64,000 bases of DNA from Anthoceros angustus. Lineage: Eukaryota > Plantae > Anthocerotophyta. The notes beneath the pieces are model-generated. The model searched no databases, was not told the DNA's origin, and saw nothing but the letters and a program-made list of their open reading frames with translations. The stretch is taken from contig MU008199.1 of assembly GCA_010909165.1 (NCBI GenBank), positions 576,248 to 640,247 on the forward strand, written 5' to 3'. The position numbers and the translations under genes are program-made. Positions 58,001 through 64,000 of this stretch are shown in pieces. Every line of letters begins with the position of its first letter. Position 1 is the stretch's first letter.

Positions 58001-60158
58001 TATGCATGCCTTGTTTTGTGTTCGAGATCTTCCATGCATCTAATCGCAACTGGTTTTGTGGTGCTATGTAGGGATTCGGATGCTATGACTTTGTTTTCCT
58101 CCCTTGTGGGCACTGCTTTCACGATGTATGCCTCTACCAACACATGCCGGGTGGTGACTCCAATCCGCTTGTTCTCTTCAAGTCCCATTGGTTGCAGGCC
58201 AAGGGTTGGCCATTCACTAGTGGAGTCCAGAAGCAACGCCCAGCCGACTATGCATGGCAACAAGGGATACCGGAGGCATGGAAGAGAGATGCAAAAGAAT
58301 GTTACCTTCGCTTGAGTGAGGTGACGCTGAGAGGGATGCTATGGTAAGATAGCCTCGTGGAGAGTGGCCCGAGGAATTTGATGAGATTTGTTTGAAGGGC
58401 TGTGAGATGGTGTCCACTTACATGCTAGGGTCAACAAGTTTGCCAAGGAGATGCGCTCCTTGTTGACAAGGAAGTTGTTGGGTCCCCATGATGACGACAG
58501 GGAGATTTTGAAGAATTGCACCGCCTCGGAGATTCGGACTTGAGAGTGAAATGGATGCAAGGCTCGTGGGAGGAGCCAATGGAAGAGGAAGAGATTTCCA
58601 CAGCCGTAGAGTTGGTGGGGTGTGGGCGGGCAGAGTTGCACCAACACCCAACCGCCTGAGGTAATTGCGCGGCAATACATGCTAGAGGGCCTCTACAAGA
58701 GCGCCTGCAAGAGGGGCGCGCCCACTTCATTCAAGATCGCCGAGACAGTGTGGAGGCTCCGCGACGAGTGAAGAGATCCGGACGGGATGCCCCAAGCCAA
58801 GAGGAGGAAGAGGTGGTGGCGCCCGCCATGCCACCAAGAAGAAGTAGGAGGATAGTTGGTAGGGGAGTGAATGGGTCATTAAGACCCCTAGGGGTTAGTG
58901 GGATTGTTAGGAGGTAGGTTAAGAACCTTTAAGAGGCCACCTACTTAAAAACCGTGAAGCAACCCCACCTACCCCACTGACTTAATTAATGCTAGGGTTT
59001 GGGGAGCTCCTATAAGAGGGGAGGAGCCCATAATAAAATGTCATGCCTTGCTCTCCGACTGTGCTTGTTTGCTACACAAGCGCGGCCGACCGTGAGGGTG
59101 CATGGTGTCCGTAGGGTCTTGAGGTGCGTGACTGTGAGGGCGGGCCCAAACCTTTCTTTGTGGAGGTAGCACCGGGTAGCTCGAGCGTGAGGGAGCGCAT
59201 TGTGGTTGCGTGACGCGGCTGGTCAGGAAGGAAGACCCCTACCCCAAAGACGTGGACGCCTCAGCCAAATGTCCGCCTAGGTCCGTGAGGGCAATGCCCT
59301 ATGATCCGAGGCGCTTGCCGGGAGGCTGTGAGGGCGCCTGTAGAGAGAAGCTAGGAAGAGTGGAAGAGGTAGATTAGAGAAGAGAGGAGAAGAGAGAGAG
59401 AGAAAGAGAAAGAGAAAGAAAAGAGAGAGAGAGAGAGCGAGAGAGAGAGCGACAGAGGACGAGAGAGGAGCTAGAAAAGATAGGGAGCAAGAGAGGAGAA
59501 GGGAGGAGCAAGAGAGAAAAGACAAAAAGAGAAGAGAGGAGGAAGAAAAGTGTGAGAGCAATCTAGAAAAGAGAGGGCTGTGACAAGCTCTTGTCACGGC
59601 AAAAAGCGTGACGCCCTCCAACGAACAGTTAATCTGGCGAAGGATTTACATGATGCCTTTGGCCGCATACATAGCTTGACGCTCAAGAAAGAAAGGACTC
59701 CTCAATGGATTCCAGCCCCTTCTTACACTAGCCAGAATGTAGCCCTCCAGATCACGAAGTGCTGCGTGTGCACTGTGTACCGCATGCATGCCTTGTTTTG
59801 TGTACTGAGATCTATTCCCATGCATCTAACTGCAACTGGTTTTGTGGTGCTATGTAGGGGATTCGGATGCTATGACTTTGTTTTCCTCCCTTGTGGGCAC
59901 TGTTTTCACGATGTATGCCTCTACCAACACATGCTGGTCAGGGTGACCTGCCCCAATCCTGCTTGTTCTCTTCAAGTCCCGGCACAGTGGTTGCAGGCCA
60001 AGGGTTGGCCATTCACTAGTGGAGTCCAACCAGATGCCTGGGAACGTGACCAGGAACGAGAGTGGACAGAGCATTATCATGGCTGCCTGCAAGAATTCCA
60101 CATCATGGAGCACCGTTTGGAAGAATTGTTGGGACTGCAGACAGATAGTGCCCCGTGA
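55100..60158 (+). pseudogene. Second coiled-coil/RING-H2 cargo-type gene, partly duplicated (56249-58227 / 58228-60030)
   Basis: Coiled-coil frames at 55850-56230; KCCVC..GFGCYDFVFLPCGHCFHDVCLYQHMLVRVTCPNPAC..WLQAKGW (59755-60010); degraded copy at 57970-58215. Confidence 0.55.
57400..57815. repeat. GA-rich low-complexity tract (duplicate at 59345-59580)
   Basis: Almost purely purine on the + strand. Confidence 0.9.
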
Positions 60159-61189
60159 CTCACATAAGAAGGCGCTCATGAGTCTCGGTTAGTAGTGCTC
60201 TAAGGTTGTTGCTTTGTATGGAAAAGCTATATACAGACCTTTGTGCTAACAAAGCCCGCTTGTCCCTAGGCACATATAGGGTCACGCCTATCCTCGCTTG
60301 GCATCGAGGCTGATCACACCACCACGTAAGGCCACCTATCCCAAAATTTATCTGTTGGCCAATGCACAACTATGTCATGGAATCGCCAGATTCGGTGGTC
60401 CTGTGTCTCAAACCTGTGGATTGAGTCCCGGTGAGGCACGATTGCAGGTGCAGCAGACGCGATTTGGCCCACTCATGTGGCGCCTAGCGTGTCATGTTTG
60501 GGGTTGGCTCCTTTGGTTGATGCAGATGCCTCTCACGTGGCGACTTCTTGGTTTCGGCCCGTTTTTGCTTCCACTCCACCGACATGGGTCGACAGGAAGT
60601 GGGCACCCATGTGTCGCTCACCCCAACAAGGCCACCTACAACTCAAGGTGTTGAAGATCGCAATGCGCAGTGGAAGAGGATACCAGCAAAGGAAGAGGAT
60701 ACAGGGTGGAGGATACCCAGTTTTCTACACCGACTCAGTCGTGCGTGGACACCCACCTTGTGCATGATGATGAATCTCACAAGAATGACACACTGCGCAA
60801 CGAACACGCAACCTCGTAGAACTTGTGCCCGCCCGTGGAAGTGACCATGATGCGTAATCGGAAGATGAGGTGGAGGTGCCCGGCAAGGATGGGGAGGACG
60901 TGACCACTATGGCGTGGCTTGATCGTATGGATGTGGCCACTTGTCTTGGTGTTCCAATGGCATTCATCAGGTGAAGCGCCACTATGTGTCGTGCCACCGG
61001 CGAAGTGGCTATTCATAAGGATGTAGAAATCGCCACTTCGATCGGGCTGCGCGATTTCTTTGCCGACGGCCGGCGCGCACAATCCCGTGTCGTTGTAGGA
61101 AGGAGTTCGTTCCCAAGGAATGGCGAGCTCCGTTTGCGTTTCGAGCGATTCTCGTCTCTGCGTCCGTTCGGTCCCAACGCACACTCCGT

Positions 61190-64000
61190 TCACGTCTAAC
61201 TACTCGCGACAAACACGGGCCGGTATGGCCAAGCGTTTAAGGACCCGTTCGCGTCCGTTCGTTCCGTTCGTCTCTCACACCTCTCGTTCCTCTCTCACTC
61301 ACTACACTTATCGGTCTTAAGGCCGGCAGTTACATCCGGACCTCCTCCCGTTCCGGGCCTCTCGTCCGGCTCTGCCGCCCTCCGAGTCCCTCGGCTCACA
61401 CGTTCGGTCCGTTCGGCGGCGGGCGCGGCTGGGGCAGACGGGTCCCAGTCACCTTCCTGCACACACCACAACACGTTAGGTCCGTCACGGGACCACGATC
61501 AATCCCTCCGGGTCGTGCACCTTTCGGTGACTCGGGACTCACGTTAGCAGAAGACACACAAGGTGCAGGCAGCATCAACACCAAGAAAGATGATTTATTG
61601 AGGCAGCTGACCCTCTTATACTACGCCGCGGCGTCTTTATTACACCTATTACGGTGATGGCCATTTCGGTGTACTAATCGCCGCCTACCATCCTATTCCT
61701 CCCCTATCTCCTTCGTGGTGGGGGAAGGTCGAGTTCCGCCTTGGGATTGGTGGTCCAATCTCCCGTCCTGACAGTTGCGGCGCACCCAATCGGATGATCC
61801 GCGGTAGACCCTCCTCTCCCGGAATCACAGCCGGGTTGGGCTCGGCGGCGGTCGGCGGCCGTTACCACGACGTCATCCTCCCCTGGCCTCCCCATGGGTC
61901 CCCCTCCGGTGGGGCCACCGGCTATCCGCTCCCCCAGCGTAAGTCGAAGGGGGCTCCTCCTTCTTGCCGAGTCCGGACCTCAGGTCGGTCTCGACTCGGG
62001 CTGAACTCCGGTCCTTATTTCTAGTCCCGTGGTGGGTCGTCTCAGGGGTTCGGACCTCGGTCCTTATTAGTCCGGTCCCCAAGCTCGGACCCCTTTCACC
62101 ATGGACCTCGTCTTGCTAGGTCCTCCTCCTTACCCAGGCCCTTGTCTTGGTTGGGTTGGCTCCCTCCTTGCACCCCTTCGGGCCCGTCACCCCCTCTAGG
62201 CGGGTGGTGGTGAACTTACAGGGTCCGTTGCGTCCCGCTCCTCTTGGGCTCCTCTCCTTGTGCCGTCGTCTCCAAGCAGGGCCCCTAGGGTCCCTGTCAT
62301 CCCGTGCCCTTCTTCCCTCAAGGCCTTCGGTCCTCTGGAGGCCTCTCGCCCGGGAGCTCGTGGTAATAGGCAAAGTCCGAATCCACTTGTTGGATTGCCT
62401 CTTCCACGTGTGCGGAGCACCGTACTCCCTTCGCCATAGGTGCTCGGGGAGCACTTGCCCTTGTTGCTCCACCTCCCGGTTTGATAGGGGGGCACTTCTC
62501 ATGGTGCCGGTGCCTCGGTCACCTCCCGGGTTGCTCCACTTGCTCCAACTCCTCCGCTTAGTTCTGCCGGCTTGCCGCCATAGCCGCGTTCCCCCGACTT
62601 CCTCGGTGGACGGCGGCTTCTTATGCCTTCCAGCGCCCTCGCCTCTTGTCCATTACCATTAACTCCGCCATCTCCGCTCCAGACGGTCGGGCAACCGCGG
62701 GCTGCGGCTTCGCCAGGCCCTTCTCCATCTCGGCGTCACGCTCCTGTTCCATCGCCGTCGGCTCGTCCAGGGCAGCCGCTCTATTTCCGGTCGCGTTCGC
62801 GACCATGTCCTGAACTACCATTCCTCTCAATGATAGTTTGGGCTGCGGCTCAAAGTCTCCTTGCGGTCCTCCATCTCACGCTCTTTGCTCCACCTCCGGG
62901 CGAGTCAGGAGATCCTCCATCTCCTTGTCGCGAACTTCTTGGCTGGTGGTCGCGCTTGCTCGCCACCTCTGCTCCATCTTGAGGCGGTGGGCGCTCTCTG
63001 CTCGAAGTCTGGATTCTCTCATTGAGAACTCCTTGCTTTCCAGCGTCTTGGGTTGTAACTCCAAGGTGTCCTTCTTGTCCTCCGGCTCCTGCGCCTCCTT
63101 CTACCTCCTGCATGCGCCACAGGGTCCCCTTCCGGTCTTGGCCTCGTGTTTACTCGGCTCGTGCTTGCTCCCTGCCACTGCTCGGCCTTGATTGGCGTGG
63201 CTCTCGGCCGCCTCCCTCCACCGGTTCCGATCACGCCGAGTAGTGATCGCGATCGGCCGCGTGGCCGCCTCCTTGGCCACCTTCACACGAGCCTCTCGAC
63301 AGCTCTGGTCGTCAGCCTCCGCGCATCCGCGCACGCTTGCGCCGGGCGCCTCTCCGCTTCTGTGCGCTCGCCCCTGCACTGCGGAGGTCCTCGGCCGGCT
63401 TGGGCCTCCTTAGCTTTGCCGGCTCCTCGGTGAAGGAATTTGTCAGTCCTTGCGGATGGACGGACCTCCCTCTCGGCCTCGGCGTTTCCCTCCTCAATCG
63501 GCCGAGCTTGGCCTTCCTTCTGCCTCTGGGCCCCTCAAGCTGCTCACGGAGGAGTACCATGCGCCTCGGGTGGCTTCTACCTCACAGGTCTTCTCGGCCA
63601 TCCGAGACCCCCATACAAATCCATGGCCAGTAGCAGGACCCCCGTGTTTCTTCCACGGCCGGCTGAGTGAGGCTCCCACAAAGTCCGTGGCGGGGCCGGC
63701 ATTTCACAGTCGCCAAGGACCTCCATACCCGCAGGGTAAGTCGGGGGGTTCTCGGACCTAATCGGGACCCTTAGGTCTGAGTCTTGCTCGGGGCTTCACC
63801 TCCTTGGCCCTTTTGGCTCCTTCTCCGCCTTTTTCTCCTGGGCCTTGAGGAGGTGAGGGAGTCCGGAGCAAGTTTTTGCCCCTTCCGCCGGGCGATGACC
63901 GCTCCTGCGGCTGCTGTCCTCCGCCTCCGCGCCCCTTTCTCCCCATCGCTTCCTCCGCTTCACTGCAAGGTGGGTAAGGTACTGCACCTGAGGTGCCGCT
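61190..64000 (-). mobile_element. 3' end of an LTR retrotransposon: internal region, PPT (61691-61706), 3' LTR (~61190-61690)
   Basis: Minus strand taggggaggaatagga followed by TGGTAGGCGG..; within the LTR a tataag precedes aataaa by ~20 nt. The internal region has unassigned coiled-coil-like frames. Superfamily not determined. Confidence 0.55.

Noticed and set aside
60840-61199. Integrase or zinc-finger fragment
   Set aside because: No frame gave a convincing DDE, GPY/F or Cys/His pattern; left unassigned.

Overview
Repeat-dense eukaryotic nuclear DNA from a seed-free land plant. The best guess is a hornwort, with lycophyte or fern not excluded; this is inferred from a GRP-type DYW:KP PPR gene and short-intron genes. 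Host genes are an intact PLS-PPR-E1-E2-DYW:KP gene (14889-17273, -) flanked by two decayed paralogues, a disrupted CYP85-clan (KAO/CYP88-like) P450 (18073-20354, -), and a multi-exon FAD-oxidase/cyclopropane-fatty-acid synthase gene (45092-49845, +). Most of the rest is nested, decayed transposons: several Ty1/copia elements (one full length with both LTRs, 2702-9682), LINE fragments, a Sola-like DDE transposase with a convergent coiled-coil/RING-H2 cargo gene, and a ParB/Srx-like ORF. The headline observation is two independent relics of a Ty3/gypsy retrotransposon carrying a DNMT3-type C5-cytosine methyltransferase between protease and RT, one also with a PHD finger (470-10335 and 41955-43420). 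This architecture is known from the alga Klebsormidium, but I do not know it from land plants. The second observation is that the putative U-to-C editing PPR carries an N-terminal OSB-type 'PDF' ssDNA-binding motif. The repeats contain many small deletions, at least eight 0.6-2 kb tandem duplications (most with short microhomology at the junction) and several fold-back junctions. Some or all of these may be long-read, amplification or assembly artefacts, so frameshifts are interpreted cautiously. Many boundaries are approximate.
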